DNA from: a virus | Taxonomy: Duplodnaviria; Caudoviricetes | Length of the DNA stretch: 37,889 nt | Direction: 5' to 3' (one strand) | Virus record (IMG/VR): IMGVR_UViG_3300033076_000254 | Location: 1-37,889 of that record | In this document: positions 7,196 through 16,028 of the stretch, piece by piece | Layout: each line of letters starts with the position of its first letter | Numbering within the stretch: the stretch's first letter is position 1 | Notes under the pieces: model-generated | Told to the model about the DNA's origin: nothing | The model's input: the letters and a program-made list of their open reading frames with translations, nothing else | Databases searched by the model: none | Translations under genes and position numbers: made by a program

Positions 7196-7417
7196 ATGGA
7201 AGCAGTACTAAATGCTACGCCAAAAGCTACGTTCTACTTGAACGAATTGGCATCAGAGATAGCAGAATTTGTTATCGAAAAAAAATACGAAGGGACAGGA
7301 GTTGAATTAGTTGAAAACATAAAGGGCACGATGGTCTATTCAGCCTTTATACAGGAGGAATATGATACCATTTATGATGAAGTGCTTGAGTATCTAACTA
7401 ACAATCAAATCAAATAA
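7196..7417 (+). CDS. Hypothetical protein (73 aa; start re-assigned to MEAVLN)
   Basis: ATG at 7196 directly after the previous stop. Confidence 0.7.
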   Translation: MEAVLNATPKATFYLNELASEIAEFVIEKKYEGTGVELVENIKGTMVYSAFIQEEYDTIYDEVLEYLTNNQIK

Positions 7418-7421
7418 TCAA

Positions 7422-7811
7422 ATGGAAGTTAAAATCAACATCAGCAGAGAAGTCTTAGAAGACGTATTTGTTACAGCATTAGAGGGAGGAAGTAACTATT
7501 GGTACTTTCTACCCGACCACTCAATAGAAGCAATCCGTAGAGCGGTGCCTAAAGAGGAAGACCCGTACTTGAGTACGGCAATACTCAAAGCAATCCTTGA
7601 CCATGACGTGAAGATTGCTGTCAATGACGCAGATGACGAGGACGAAGTAATCGGTGTCATCACAAAAGGAACAATGCAAACCCGCCTCCAAATGCTTGCA
7701 GACAGCCCAAACAAATGGGCATTGGATGCACACATAAAAGAAGAGGGAGATGCAGACTCAGCGGACATTGTATTTCAGTACATAACCATGGGTGAAGTAA
7801 TCTATGGATAG
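7422..7811 (+). CDS. Hypothetical acidic phage protein (129 aa)
   Basis: Well-packed ORF (ALEGGSNYW...DADSADIVFQ). Confidence 0.8.
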   Translation: MEVKINISREVLEDVFVTALEGGSNYWYFLPDHSIEAIRRAVPKEEDPYLSTAILKAILDHDVKIAVNDADDEDEVIGVITKGTMQTRLQMLADSPNKWALDAHIKEEGDADSADIVFQYITMGEVIYG

Positions 7812-8028
7812 TTTTAAACCAAATAATATGGAAAATAATCAAGAAACATTTATTGACAGGTTAAAGAAGTTGCAAGAGCAGGCTTCTGTTTTAATTCAGG
7901 AGTTGGAAGCGAATCCAAACTTTCCTGAGGGTCACGTAATCACCAAGGAGTCTTGGGACAATGCAGATAAAATCATCCACGATGGTTTTGTGTATGTTAA
8001 ATACAGCGACCTATTGTTTTATAAATAA
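7804..8028 (+). CDS. Hypothetical protein (start at 7804 or 7828)
   Basis: ORF in operon context. Confidence 0.65.
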   Translation: MDSFKPNNMENNQETFIDRLKKLQEQASVLIQELEANPNFPEGHVITKESWDNADKIIHDGFVYVKYSDLLFYK

Positions 8029-8043
8029 ATTGTACTATCTTTG
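8014..8043 (+). promoter_or_regulatory. Bacteroidota promoter (TTG...TATCTTTG)
   Basis: TTG at 8014-8016, 19-nt spacer, TATCTTTG at 8036-8043. Confidence 0.6.
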
Positions 8044-8065
8044 TACGAAATTTAATCAAATTAAC

Positions 8066-8081
8066 GGGAGCTTCGGCTCCC
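8066..8081 (+). other. cUUCGg tetraloop hairpin in the 5' leader
   Basis: GGGAGC-TTCG-GCTCCC with no U-tract, so more likely a stabilizing leader hairpin than a terminator. Confidence 0.6.
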
Positions 8082-8096
8082 ATAAACTTTAATCAA

Positions 8097-8339
8097 ATGA
8101 CAGCAAGTTTCACATTAGAAGAGTTCAGTAACACAGGGCACTTTACAGGAAGAGAGGCGTACCTTGAAAAGAATCCTGACACACAGCTACACGCAGACTG
8201 CACAGACGTTGTTCAGTATATCGGTGGGCATATCATTCAAGTTTTAAAATCAGGAGACTTTATGGTGGATGAGGACTTTAAAAGTGTCTCATTAGATGAA
8301 GCAGAAGGTTGGATGTTTTTAAAAAAATTTAACAAATAA
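8097..8339 (+). CDS. Hypothetical protein (80 aa)
   Basis: ORF downstream of a promoter. Confidence 0.7.
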   Translation: MTASFTLEEFSNTGHFTGREAYLEKNPDTQLHADCTDVVQYIGGHIIQVLKSGDFMVDEDFKSVSLDEAEGWMFLKKFNK

Positions 8340-8364
8340 TTGAACGATGTATTGACATATTCAC

Positions 8365-8372
8365 TATATTTG
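8365..8372 (+). promoter_or_regulatory. -7 box TATATTTG upstream of the replication/recombination genes
   Basis: Matches TAnnTTTG, 21 nt before the ATG at 8394. Confidence 0.5.
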
Positions 8373-8393
8373 TTTTCAAATCAAATCAGAGTT

Positions 8394-8696
8394 ATGAAGC
8401 AGGATGTTTTTAATCAGTATGTAGAAAGGGTTGCAGACCTTTTCAGCATTAACAAGGAGGACATATTCTCCAAATCAAAGAAGAGAGAGTTAGTAGATGC
8501 TCGTCACTTGGTGTATTACTTATGTGCTAAGAGACCAATGCAAATCACATACATTCAGAAGTACATGAACGAAGCAGGCTACGAGATTAAGCACTCATCA
8601 ATCATTCACGGAATCTCCTCAGTTGAACAGAAGATAGCAGAGGACAAGGACTACGTGTCAATAGTGAAGGAAGTTGAGCGTGCAGTGTTTATTTAG
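8394..8696 (+). CDS. DnaA domain IV (C-terminal HTH)-like DNA-binding protein (100 aa; start re-assigned to MKQDVF)
   Basis: VADLFSINKEDIFSKSKKRELVDARHLVYYLC...HSSIIHGISSVE resembles the DnaA_C pattern (SkR.r.v..aRq.amYL...dHsTv.ha). Confidence 0.7.
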   Translation: MKQDVFNQYVERVADLFSINKEDIFSKSKKRELVDARHLVYYLCAKRPMQITYIQKYMNEAGYEIKHSSIIHGISSVEQKIAEDKDYVSIVKEVERAVFI

Positions 8697-8734
8697 AATC
8701 AATCAAATCAAATCAGTAATCAAATCAAATCAAA

Positions 8735-9376
8735 ATGGAAAACAAGAAAACAGTTTTCGAGAGGCTATCAGCCATCAATGTCAACGACCACGTTGAGAAG
8801 AAAGACAATCTAACTTATTTATCATGGGCTTGGGCTTGGTCAAAGACTAAGACTGAGTGTCCTGATGCTACGTACAAAATCTTAGAGACTGAGTATGACG
8901 AGCAGTTAGGATTTATGTGCCACACTACGGTGACTATTGAGGGTGAGACCCTTGAGATGTGGTTGCCTGTAATGGATGGTAAGAACAAGTCAATGAAGAA
9001 GACAGCGTACACTTACAGCACGAAGTACGGAGACAAGACAGTGGACGCAGCGACTACGTTCGACATTAACAAGACCATCATGCGTTGCTTGGTGAAGAAC
9101 TTGGCTATGTTTGGGTTGGGGATTTATATCTATGCAGGCGAGGATTTACCTGAGGGTGAGACTCATTACAAAACAGAGGCTCCTAAGAAAGTTGAACCGA
9201 AGGCTGAGTCAGGTTTAATTGAACTTAAGAAAGGAACAGCAAATTGGGATGCAGTTGTGAAGTATGTTACTGAGAACAAAGCCAATGGAGTTGAGAAGAT
9301 TGGTGCTCAGTTGGTACGCAAGTACAAAATCAGCCCCGCTATCAAGAAAGAAATCGCTAACCTTATCAATTCGTAA
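8735..9376 (+). CDS. Single-strand annealing protein, DUF1071/Sak-like
   Basis: NVNDHVEKKDNLTYLSWAWAW...MWLPVMD...INKTIMRCLVKNLAMFGLGIYIYAGEDLP. Confidence 0.8.
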   Translation: MENKKTVFERLSAINVNDHVEKKDNLTYLSWAWAWSKTKTECPDATYKILETEYDEQLGFMCHTTVTIEGETLEMWLPVMDGKNKSMKKTAYTYSTKYGDKTVDAATTFDINKTIMRCLVKNLAMFGLGIYIYAGEDLPEGETHYKTEAPKKVEPKAESGLIELKKGTANWDAVVKYVTENKANGVEKIGAQLVRKYKISPAIKKEIANLINS

Positions 9377-9378
9377 TC

Positions 9379-10125
9379 ATGGCTCAAGAAATTTCAGAAA
9401 TCATAACGTTGTTGCGTGACGACAACGAGTATTACAACGGATTCGGTAGAAACTATCTATCCAATTCAGACATCGGCACCTTATTGAATAATCCTCAGGA
9501 CTTTGGTAAGACACGTGAGGACAACAAAGCATTCATGGATGGCAGATACTTTCACCAATTAATCTTGGAGCCTGAGAAGGCAAAGGTGATACCATTCGTT
9601 GACGTGAGCACACGTAACACCAAAGAGTATAAGTTGTTTTGCGAAGAGAATAATCTTCCATTCTGTATGCTCAAGAAAGAGATGGACGAGATTCAAAACT
9701 TAGTGAGTATTATCAAAGGTAACATTGCTTTCTATGATGAGATATACAGAGCAGGTAATGAGTTTGAGGTGCCGGCAGTAGCAGAGATTCAAGGGATGAA
9801 TTGGAAGGGTAAGGCTGACATCGTAACTGAGGATTCAGTAATTGACTTGAAGACTACGAGTGACATCCATAAGTTTAAGTACAGTGCGAAGTCATATAAC
9901 TACGATAGTCAGTGCTACATCTATCAGCAGTTGTTTGGTAGACCATTAGTGTTCTACGTAATTGACAAAGGAACAGGAGTTCTTGGTATCTTTAGACCAA
10001 CAGAAGACTTTGTAAAAGGTGGCGAGATTAAAGTTGGCAAAGCCATTGAAGTGTACAACAAATACTTTAGTGCTAATCCAACGGATGACATCGTGAACTA
10101 TTACATTGACGAGTATCTGTTATAA
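9379..10125 (+). CDS. PD-(D/E)XK exonuclease (RecE/DUF3799-like)
   Basis: LSNSDI, GRYFHQLILEP, KGKADIV...IDLKTT, YDSQCYIY. Adjacent to the annealase. Confidence 0.8.
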   Translation: MAQEISEIITLLRDDNEYYNGFGRNYLSNSDIGTLLNNPQDFGKTREDNKAFMDGRYFHQLILEPEKAKVIPFVDVSTRNTKEYKLFCEENNLPFCMLKKEMDEIQNLVSIIKGNIAFYDEIYRAGNEFEVPAVAEIQGMNWKGKADIVTEDSVIDLKTTSDIHKFKYSAKSYNYDSQCYIYQQLFGRPLVFYVIDKGTGVLGIFRPTEDFVKGGEIKVGKAIEVYNKYFSANPTDDIVNYYIDEYLL

Positions 10126-10147
10126 TATTGTGCATTCCCCCAATGCA

Positions 10148-10163
10148 GTGTCTTCAAAGACAC
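10148..10163 (+). repeat. Conserved hairpin, copy 5 (GTGTCTTCAAAGACAC)
   Basis: Identical to the copy 2 core, 5 nt upstream of the tRNA-like element. Confidence 0.9.
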
Positions 10164-10168
10164 AAGGA

Positions 10169-10260
10169 AGTCAGATAGCTTAATGGTCATAATTGAATTG
10201 ACCCTTGAGGAATTAGAGCACTCGAAAGAGATGGTGTGGGTTCGATTCCCACTCTGACTA
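10169..10260 (+). ncRNA. tRNA-like RNA with no anticodon loop and an enlarged D-loop
   Basis: Acceptor AGTCAGA/TCTGACT plus A. UA linker. D-stem GCTT/GAGC with AATGGT plus a 27-nt insert. Anticodon arm reduced to CTC-GAAA-GAG. T-arm GTGGG-TTCGATT-CCCAC. Confidence 0.7.
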
Positions 10261-10335
10261 CAACCATTCACGGGCTTAGCTTCAGAGGTCTGTGCTTGGT
10301 ACAAATAGACTGAGGCAACAAATAAATTTAAGAAC

Positions 10336-10650
10336 ATGGCACAAGACGAAAAAATCTTTGCAGACGGATTCTCTTTTAAGAGAAACGAAAAAGCCCCTGA
10401 CTTTGTAGTTGGGAGATTATCAATCAAAGCAGACGATGGAGTAGCATTCATCAGAGCAAATGAAAAGAACGGGTGGGTTAACCTGAACATCAAGACTGCA
10501 CGAAGTGGCAATCACTATGTTGAGTTAGACACCTATGAACCATCCACTCAGAGCGGCATGAAGCCACAATCAGAGAAGACTGCGGCACCAAAGCAAAAGG
10601 CACCTGAACCTGAGGTAGTAGACGAAGAGGATGGAGACCTTCCTTTTTAA
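10336..10650 (+). CDS. Putative single-stranded DNA-binding protein
   Basis: Small beta-rich domain, Pro/Lys linker and acidic C-terminal tail EDGDLPF. Next to the annealase and exonuclease. Confidence 0.6.
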   Translation: MAQDEKIFADGFSFKRNEKAPDFVVGRLSIKADDGVAFIRANEKNGWVNLNIKTARSGNHYVELDTYEPSTQSGMKPQSEKTAAPKQKAPEPEVVDEEDGDLPF

Positions 10651-10679
10651 AATTAGACACCCATTGAAGAACAAAAATT

Positions 10680-10706
10680 GGGGGAGTGAAAACTTCCCCT
10701 TTTTTT
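10680..10706 (+). terminator. Intrinsic terminator
   Basis: GGGGGAG-TGAAAA-CTTCCCC followed by T7. Confidence 0.8.
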
Positions 10707-10726
10707 ACCTCCAATGCGTGACGAAA

Positions 10727-10875
10727 ATGTCGAAGTGTTTTCCCTATATTCTTATATGTGTATTTCTATTCTTCTTATTTTTTTTAAATTATAATTTGAA
10801 TAAAAAATTGACATTATCGACATTAGTTCTAATAATCAGATAGTTACCTACAAAAAACCGACATAAAACCGACAT
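10727..10875. repeat. Origin-like element, copy 2, directly upstream of the primase-helicase
   Basis: ATGTCG at 10727, then an AT-rich tract, then (T/C)GACAT at 10809, 10818, 10859 and 10870. IHF-like AATCAGATAGTTA. Same layout as 578-883. Confidence 0.6.
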
Positions 10876-10878
10876 GAT

Positions 10879-13302
10879 ATGGCACATAATGTGACGATTT
10901 TCCAAAACATTAGAGACACTGACACTCCTTTCTTCCGTGACGTGCACGTAATTCTTGATAGAATTAAGGAAGGAGCAGGTGCTACTAAGGATTTGGTTAA
11001 GAAGATACGCTTGGAAAAGCGTAAGCCTGAGAGACAGGAATTAAAGAAGCAGTTACCTGCAATATGTTTTAGCGGTACGTTCAACAAGAGAACAGATGCA
11101 TCACTCATTGAGCACAGTGGTCTTATCTGTTTGGACTTTGATGGATACACTAAGCAGAAAGAATTACTACAAGACAAAGAGAACTTATCGAAGAATAAGT
11201 ATGTGTTCTCAGTGTTCATCAGCCCTTCGGGTAATGGTCTGAAAGTATTGGTTAAGATTCCGGCAGATGCAGAGAACCATACGATGTACTTCAATTCATT
11301 AGAAAAGTACTTTGCTTCGCCTTATTTTGACAAAACGAGTAAGAACCTCAGCCGAGTATGTTACGAGTCCTATGACCCTCTAATTGCGATTAATGAGAAT
11401 AGTAGTATTTGGGACGTCATTGAGGAACCTGAATACACCGAGGTGAGCAGAACAAGAGACAAGGCTACCATCCCTATCACGGATGAGAATAAGATAGTGG
11501 AGATACTTGTTAAGTGGTGGGAGAAAAAATATCCTATGCATGAGGGACAACGAAATCAGAATGCATATGTGCTTGCGATGGCGTTCAACGACTTCGGTAT
11601 CAACAAGAGCCTTGCGTCTTATGTGTTAAACCAATTCGCAACAGACGACTTCACGCTTAGGGAGATTGGAACGACAATCGACTCAGCATACAGACACACC
11701 GCAAACTTTGGAACCAAGTACTACGAGGATGAGGAGCGTATCAATAACATCAAAGCAAAACTAAGACGTGGCGTATCAAAGAAAGAGATACGCATACAGA
11801 TGCAGGACTCAAACTTAGATAGCGATACCATCGATGCCGTGCTGAACAAAGTGGAGGAGGAGAATGCGATGCAGACCTTTTGGGAACGCAATGACAGGGG
11901 AGTAATAAAGGTTGTGCACGTACAGTTCAAGCAGTTCTTGGAGGATAATGGATTCTACAAGTATTGCCCTGAGGGTGGAAAGAACTACATCTTCGTGAAG
12001 GTGACCAATAACTTGATTGACCACACATCAGAGAAAGAGATTAAAGACTTTGTGCTTACGCACCTCTTGGAGTTGGATGACATTGGAGTGTACAATTACT
12101 TCGCTGACAATACGAGATTCTTCAAGGAAGAGTTCTTGTCTTTACTTTCGACCATTGAGATTTACTTCATTGCAGATAACAAAGATGCATCGTACTTGTA
12201 CTACAAGAACTGTGCGATTAAGATAACCAAGGATGGAGTGAGCACGCTTGACTATTTGGATTTGGGTGGATACGTTTGGAAAGACCACGTGATAGACAGG
12301 AACTTTAGTTTGTGTGAGGTGACTGAGCGTTGTGACTTCAAAAAGTTTGTGAGCAATATCAATGGTGGAGATGAGCACAGAGTTAAGGCAATGGAGAGCA
12401 CAATTGGATTCTTACTTCACGGATACAAGAACCTGAGCTTCTGCCCTGCCGTTATTCTAAATGATGAGGTGATTAGTGATAACCCTGAGGGCGGAACAGG
12501 TAAAGGTTTGTTGATGTCTGCACTTAGCAAGATGAAGAAACTTGTAGTGATTGATGGTAAGTCCTTTGCTTTCGAGCGTAGCTTCGCTTATCAGTTGGTA
12601 TCAGCAGATACGCAGATACTTTGCTTTGATGATGTGAGAAAGCATTTTGACTTCGAGCGTTTGTTTTCGGTAGTCACCGAGGGATTAACCCTCGAGAAGA
12701 AAAACAAGGATGCCATAAAGATACCATTCAGCAGGTCTCCGAAGATTGCTATTACTACGAACTATGCTATCAAGGGTGCCGGCAATTCATTCGCAAGACG
12801 TAAGTGGGAATTGGAGTTGCATCAGTACTACAACAAGGAGTTCACTCCGCTTGATGAGTTTGGCAAGTTGATGTTTGGTGATTGGAACGATGATGATTGG
12901 TGTGAGTTTGATAACTACATGATTGGATGTTTGAAGAACTACCTGAGAACAGGACTTGTGAAGAGCAAGTTTGTCAACCTTAAGATTCGTCAGTTGAGTG
13001 CTGAGACTTGCCATGAGTTTATTGAGTGGTGTGGATTGGTAGATAACCACGAGCGTAACGTGATGTTGCAGACTGATACGAGACTTTACAAGAACGAGTT
13101 GTACTCTAACTTCATTGATGAGTATCCTGACTATGGACCGAGAGGTAGGATGAGTATCAGTAGGACAAAGTTCTACAAGTGGCTTATCGCTTACGCAATC
13201 TACAAGGAAGGGACAATGCCACAAGAAGACAGAGACCAACAAGGCAGATGGATTATCATTAAAAGCAAAAACAATGAGGGGCTTGAAGAGGCACCTTTCT
13301 AA
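10879..13302 (+). CDS. Primase-helicase (VirE N-terminal/BT4734-like domain, PriCT-like domain, C-terminal P-loop helicase)
   Basis: LPAICFSGTF, GLICLDFD, FISPSGNGLK and SRVCYESYDP (VirE-N). EGQRN (PriCT). Walker A GGTGKG and Walker B ILCFDD. Confidence 0.85.
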   Translation: MAHNVTIFQNIRDTDTPFFRDVHVILDRIKEGAGATKDLVKKIRLEKRKPERQELKKQLPAICFSGTFNKRTDASLIEHSGLICLDFDGYTKQKELLQDKENLSKNKYVFSVFISPSGNGLKVLVKIPADAENHTMYFNSLEKYFASPYFDKTSKNLSRVCYESYDPLIAINENSSIWDVIEEPEYTEVSRTRDKATIPITDENKIVEILVKWWEKKYPMHEGQRNQNAYVLAMAFNDFGINKSLASYVLNQFATDDFTLREIGTTIDSAYRHTANFGTKYYEDEERINNIKAKLRRGVSKKEIRIQMQDSNLDSDTIDAVLNKVEEENAMQTFWERNDRGVIKVVHVQFKQFLEDNGFYKYCPEGGKNYIFVKVTNNLIDHTSEKEIKDFVLTHLLELDDIGVYNYFADNTRFFKEEFLSLLSTIEIYFIADNKDASYLYYKNCAIKITKDGVSTLDYLDLGGYVWKDHVIDRNFSLCEVTERCDFKKFVSNINGGDEHRVKAMESTIGFLLHGYKNLSFCPAVILNDEVISDNPEGGTGKGLLMSALSKMKKLVVIDGKSFAFERSFAYQLVSADTQILCFDDVRKHFDFERLFSVVTEGLTLEKKNKDAIKIPFSRSPKIAITTNYAIKGAGNSFARRKWELELHQYYNKEFTPLDEFGKLMFGDWNDDDWCEFDNYMIGCLKNYLRTGLVKSKFVNLKIRQLSAETCHEFIEWCGLVDNHERNVMLQTDTRLYKNELYSNFIDEYPDYGPRGRMSISRTKFYKWLIAYAIYKEGTMPQEDRDQQGRWIIIKSKNNEGLEEAPF

Positions 13303-13313
13303 AATCAAACTTT

Positions 13314-13532
13314 ATGACGCCACAAGAAATGATAGAACAATTAGAAATTGATACAGATAGTTTTAATAATTTATTAAAAGAAAAGCATTTTAAATTATTA
13401 AAAAGAGAACAATTTGCGTCAATGGCTATGTCTGCTCTTATTATTAAAGGAAATATAGATGCAACTTACGTAGCCGAGAAATCTACAGAATATGCAGATG
13501 CTTTAATTGATGAATTAAATAAAACCAAATGA
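13314..13532 (+). CDS. Hypothetical protein (72 aa)
   Basis: KREQFASMAMSAL...YADALIDEL, a common small phage protein pattern. Confidence 0.7.
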   Translation: MTPQEMIEQLEIDTDSFNNLLKEKHFKLLKREQFASMAMSALIIKGNIDATYVAEKSTEYADALIDELNKTK

Positions 13533-13756
13533 ATATTACTTACGAAAACAGAATAGTTACAGCAGTTGAACCAATAGAGGTAGTTATAAATGGATTCCCT
13601 TTCATTGAAATAACTCACCCCGATTTTATTGTACACGCTGAATATAATTTTTTCCCATTCTTGGATACTATATACAATAAAACATTAGGGACTTGGAAGT
13701 ACAAGTCAGTAAACATAGGGGGTAAATTTTATGCACCAAAACCTACAGCCAAATGA
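13529..13756 (+). CDS. Hypothetical protein (75 aa)
   Basis: ATGA overlaps at both ends. Confidence 0.65.
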   Translation: MNITYENRIVTAVEPIEVVINGFPFIEITHPDFIVHAEYNFFPFLDTIYNKTLGTWKYKSVNIGGKFYAPKPTAK

Positions 13757-14088
13757 CACAAGAACAAATGATACACGTGGGAATGATTAATTCATTCAAC
13801 CTGATTACGGAACGTAATACACTTGAGGAGATTGTAACGTCTGACCTTAGCCTATTTGCTCATGTGCCTGATGAGGAGGTACCTCTTGAGTTGATACAAC
13901 TAATGATGGATTACTTCAAATCATTTGAGATGTTTGAGTACTGTGCAGACCTCATGGAGTTCATCGCACTTAACTTCAATGATGATGGCACACGCATTGA
14001 GAAAGGATGTGAATGTCCTCAACCTGTGATTACTAAGTACAGCAAGAAAATGTTCTGCGGGGAATGTAATAAAAGATTAAGAAAATGA
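13753..14088 (+). CDS. Hypothetical protein with C-terminal Zn-ribbon-like motif
   Basis: CECPQP...FCGECNK. ATGA overlaps. Confidence 0.7.
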   Translation: MTQEQMIHVGMINSFNLITERNTLEEIVTSDLSLFAHVPDEEVPLELIQLMMDYFKSFEMFEYCADLMEFIALNFNDDGTRIEKGCECPQPVITKYSKKMFCGECNKRLRK

Positions 14089-15536
14089 TTGAACGCATAT
14101 CTGCATACAGCAACAAAGCAATGTGGGATTACTGCGAAATACTTAAGAGGGTAGTTACTCAGACCAAGGAGATAAAAGTTGGTAGGGGCAAACAGATAGA
14201 GATTCTGAAAGTACCCAAGTATAACACAGAAAAGCACGTTGTCGATAAGATTGTCGAGAGTTGCGAGTATTATAAAAACCTATACGAAATGGAAAGCAAA
14301 TCAAATGTGACGTTCAGAGATTATCAGAGCGACATCATAAACAAAGGCTCACAAATATTAATGAAGCATCGCTTCCTGTATCTTGCCATGGAGGTGAGAA
14401 CAGGTAAGACACTTACGAGTCTTGGCATAGCTGAGCAAGTAAGAGCAGAGCGTGTGTTATTCATTACCAAGAAGAAAGCACTGAGCACAATCTCAGACGA
14501 CTACTCAATGCTGAGTCCATCGTATTATATGTGCGTGATTAATTATGAGAGTCTGCACACCGTAATTGATGAATGGAAGTGGGACTTGATTATCTGCGAT
14601 GAGGCACATGGTATGGGAGCTTTCCCTAAACCAAGTGGAAGAGCAGAGATGGTAGCTGAGGTGATTAAGAAGTGTAAACCTATGGTGATACTACTTAGTG
14701 GGACACCAACACCTGAGAGTTATTCTCAGATGTATCATCAAGTCTATGCCATCCCTAACAATCCATTCGCTGAGTTCAAAAACTTCTACCGTTTCTGTGA
14801 CAAGTATGTCAACGTGAAGCAACGAAAGATTAATGGGCTATTCGTCAAGGATTACAGCGGTGGACTTGATACCATCATCAAAGCAATGGAGCCGTACACG
14901 ATTAACTACACTCAGCAGGAGGCAGGCTTTATGGCTGAGACCAAGGAAGAGATATTAGAAGTGGAGATGAAGCCGATGACTTATGCCATGATAAAAAAAT
15001 TAAAGAAAGATTTAGTGATAGAAGGCAAGGAAGAAATAATTTTGGCAGACACTCCGGTGAAGTTAATGATGAAGGTGCATCAGTTGAGCAGCGGCACGAT
15101 TAAGTTCGAGAGCGGCAACAGCATGGTACTTGACTTGAGCAAAGCTGAGTTCATCAAAGAGCAGTTTGAGGGATGCAAGATTGGAATCTTCTACAAGTTT
15201 AAAGAAGAATTAAATGCACTCAAGGAAGTATTTGGAGATGAACTGACAACAGAGTTGAGTGTCTTTGAAGACACTCACAAGAACATTGCTCTGCAGATTG
15301 TAAGTGGACGTGAGGGAATCAGTTTGAAGCAAGCCGAGTACTTGGTCTATTACAACATTGACTTCAGTGCTACGAGTTATTGGCAGAGCAAAGACCGTAT
15401 GACAACCAAAGACAGATTGGAGAATCAAGTGTATTGGATATTTGCTAAAGGCGGTATCGAACATGACATCTACAAAGCTGTTACAAAGAAGAAAGATTAT
15501 ACTGTAAACCACTTTAAAAAAGATTTTTATGATTAA
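14085..15536 (+). CDS. SNF2-like superfamily 2 helicase (possible internal start at 14289)
   Basis: FRDYQ (Q motif), MEVRTGKT (I), IICDEAH (II), LSGTP (III), SGREGISL (V), QSKDR (VI). Confidence 0.85.
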   Translation: MIERISAYSNKAMWDYCEILKRVVTQTKEIKVGRGKQIEILKVPKYNTEKHVVDKIVESCEYYKNLYEMESKSNVTFRDYQSDIINKGSQILMKHRFLYLAMEVRTGKTLTSLGIAEQVRAERVLFITKKKALSTISDDYSMLSPSYYMCVINYESLHTVIDEWKWDLIICDEAHGMGAFPKPSGRAEMVAEVIKKCKPMVILLSGTPTPESYSQMYHQVYAIPNNPFAEFKNFYRFCDKYVNVKQRKINGLFVKDYSGGLDTIIKAMEPYTINYTQQEAGFMAETKEEILEVEMKPMTYAMIKKLKKDLVIEGKEEIILADTPVKLMMKVHQLSSGTIKFESGNSMVLDLSKAEFIKEQFEGCKIGIFYKFKEELNALKEVFGDELTTELSVFEDTHKNIALQIVSGREGISLKQAEYLVYYNIDFSATSYWQSKDRMTTKDRLENQVYWIFAKGGIEHDIYKAVTKKKDYTVNHFKKDFYD

Positions 15537-15837
15537 ATGCGTATGCATAGACGACAAGAATCGTCCAAGCAAAGTGCCTCCGCACAAATGGGTGAAGGAG
15601 GGACAAGAGTACACCGTGATATTTACGTTGGTAGTTCTCCCACAGAAAACATTAGCAGTTCAGTTGGATGAGATTGACCTCGATGAAAGTTGTATGCCAT
15701 ATACTTTCTTCTTAGCCAACAGGTTTGCTTTCAGGAATGATGACATCGGGAAACTAATTGACTTTATTGAAGAGTGTACGCACGTGAATATATCAATCAA
15801 GGAACTAATGAAGCAGACTCAAACAATAGAGCAATGA
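15529..15837 (+). CDS. Hypothetical protein (102 aa)
   Basis: Overlapping, packed ORF. Confidence 0.75.
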   Translation: MIKCVCIDDKNRPSKVPPHKWVKEGQEYTVIFTLVVLPQKTLAVQLDEIDLDESCMPYTFFLANRFAFRNDDIGKLIDFIEECTHVNISIKELMKQTQTIEQ

Positions 15838-16028
15838 TAATTCAATTGAATCCAATGATACCAATCAAGAGATTGTCAGACGGAATGGAAGGTTATGCCT
15901 TTTTGGTTATAGACTATAGCCAAGAGCACGACCTTCTGTTCACCTGTGCAATGGATGACGGGGAGATATGGACACTCAATAACAAGGAGATACGATTTTG
16001 TAAAAACATATCATTGGATAGACGATGA
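15834..16028 (+). CDS. Hypothetical protein (64 aa; start re-assigned to MIIQLNP)
   Basis: ATGA overlap with the previous stop. Confidence 0.7.
   Translation: MIIQLNPMIPIKRLSDGMEGYAFLVIDYSQEHDLLFTCAMDDGEIWTLNNKEIRFCKNISLDRR

Noticed and set aside
8066-8081. UUCG hairpin as a terminator
   Set aside because: No U-tract, and it lies just downstream of a promoter; kept only as a leader hairpin.
1549-10163. Palindromic repeats as a CRISPR array
   Set aside because: Only 16 bp, spaced 0.9-4 kb apart with whole genes between them, and no cas genes.
10261-10330. HDV-like (theta) ribozyme downstream of the tRNA-like element
   Set aside because: I could not build the nested double pseudoknot by eye; only a simple hairpin is visible. 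A motif search would settle it.
10101-10511. 136-aa minus-strand ORF
   Set aside because: Antisense to the SSB gene and the tRNA-like RNA, within a plus-strand operon.
13868-13874. CTGATGA as a fourth hammerhead
   Set aside because: Inside a CDS, with no GAAA after a stem II and no stems I or III.
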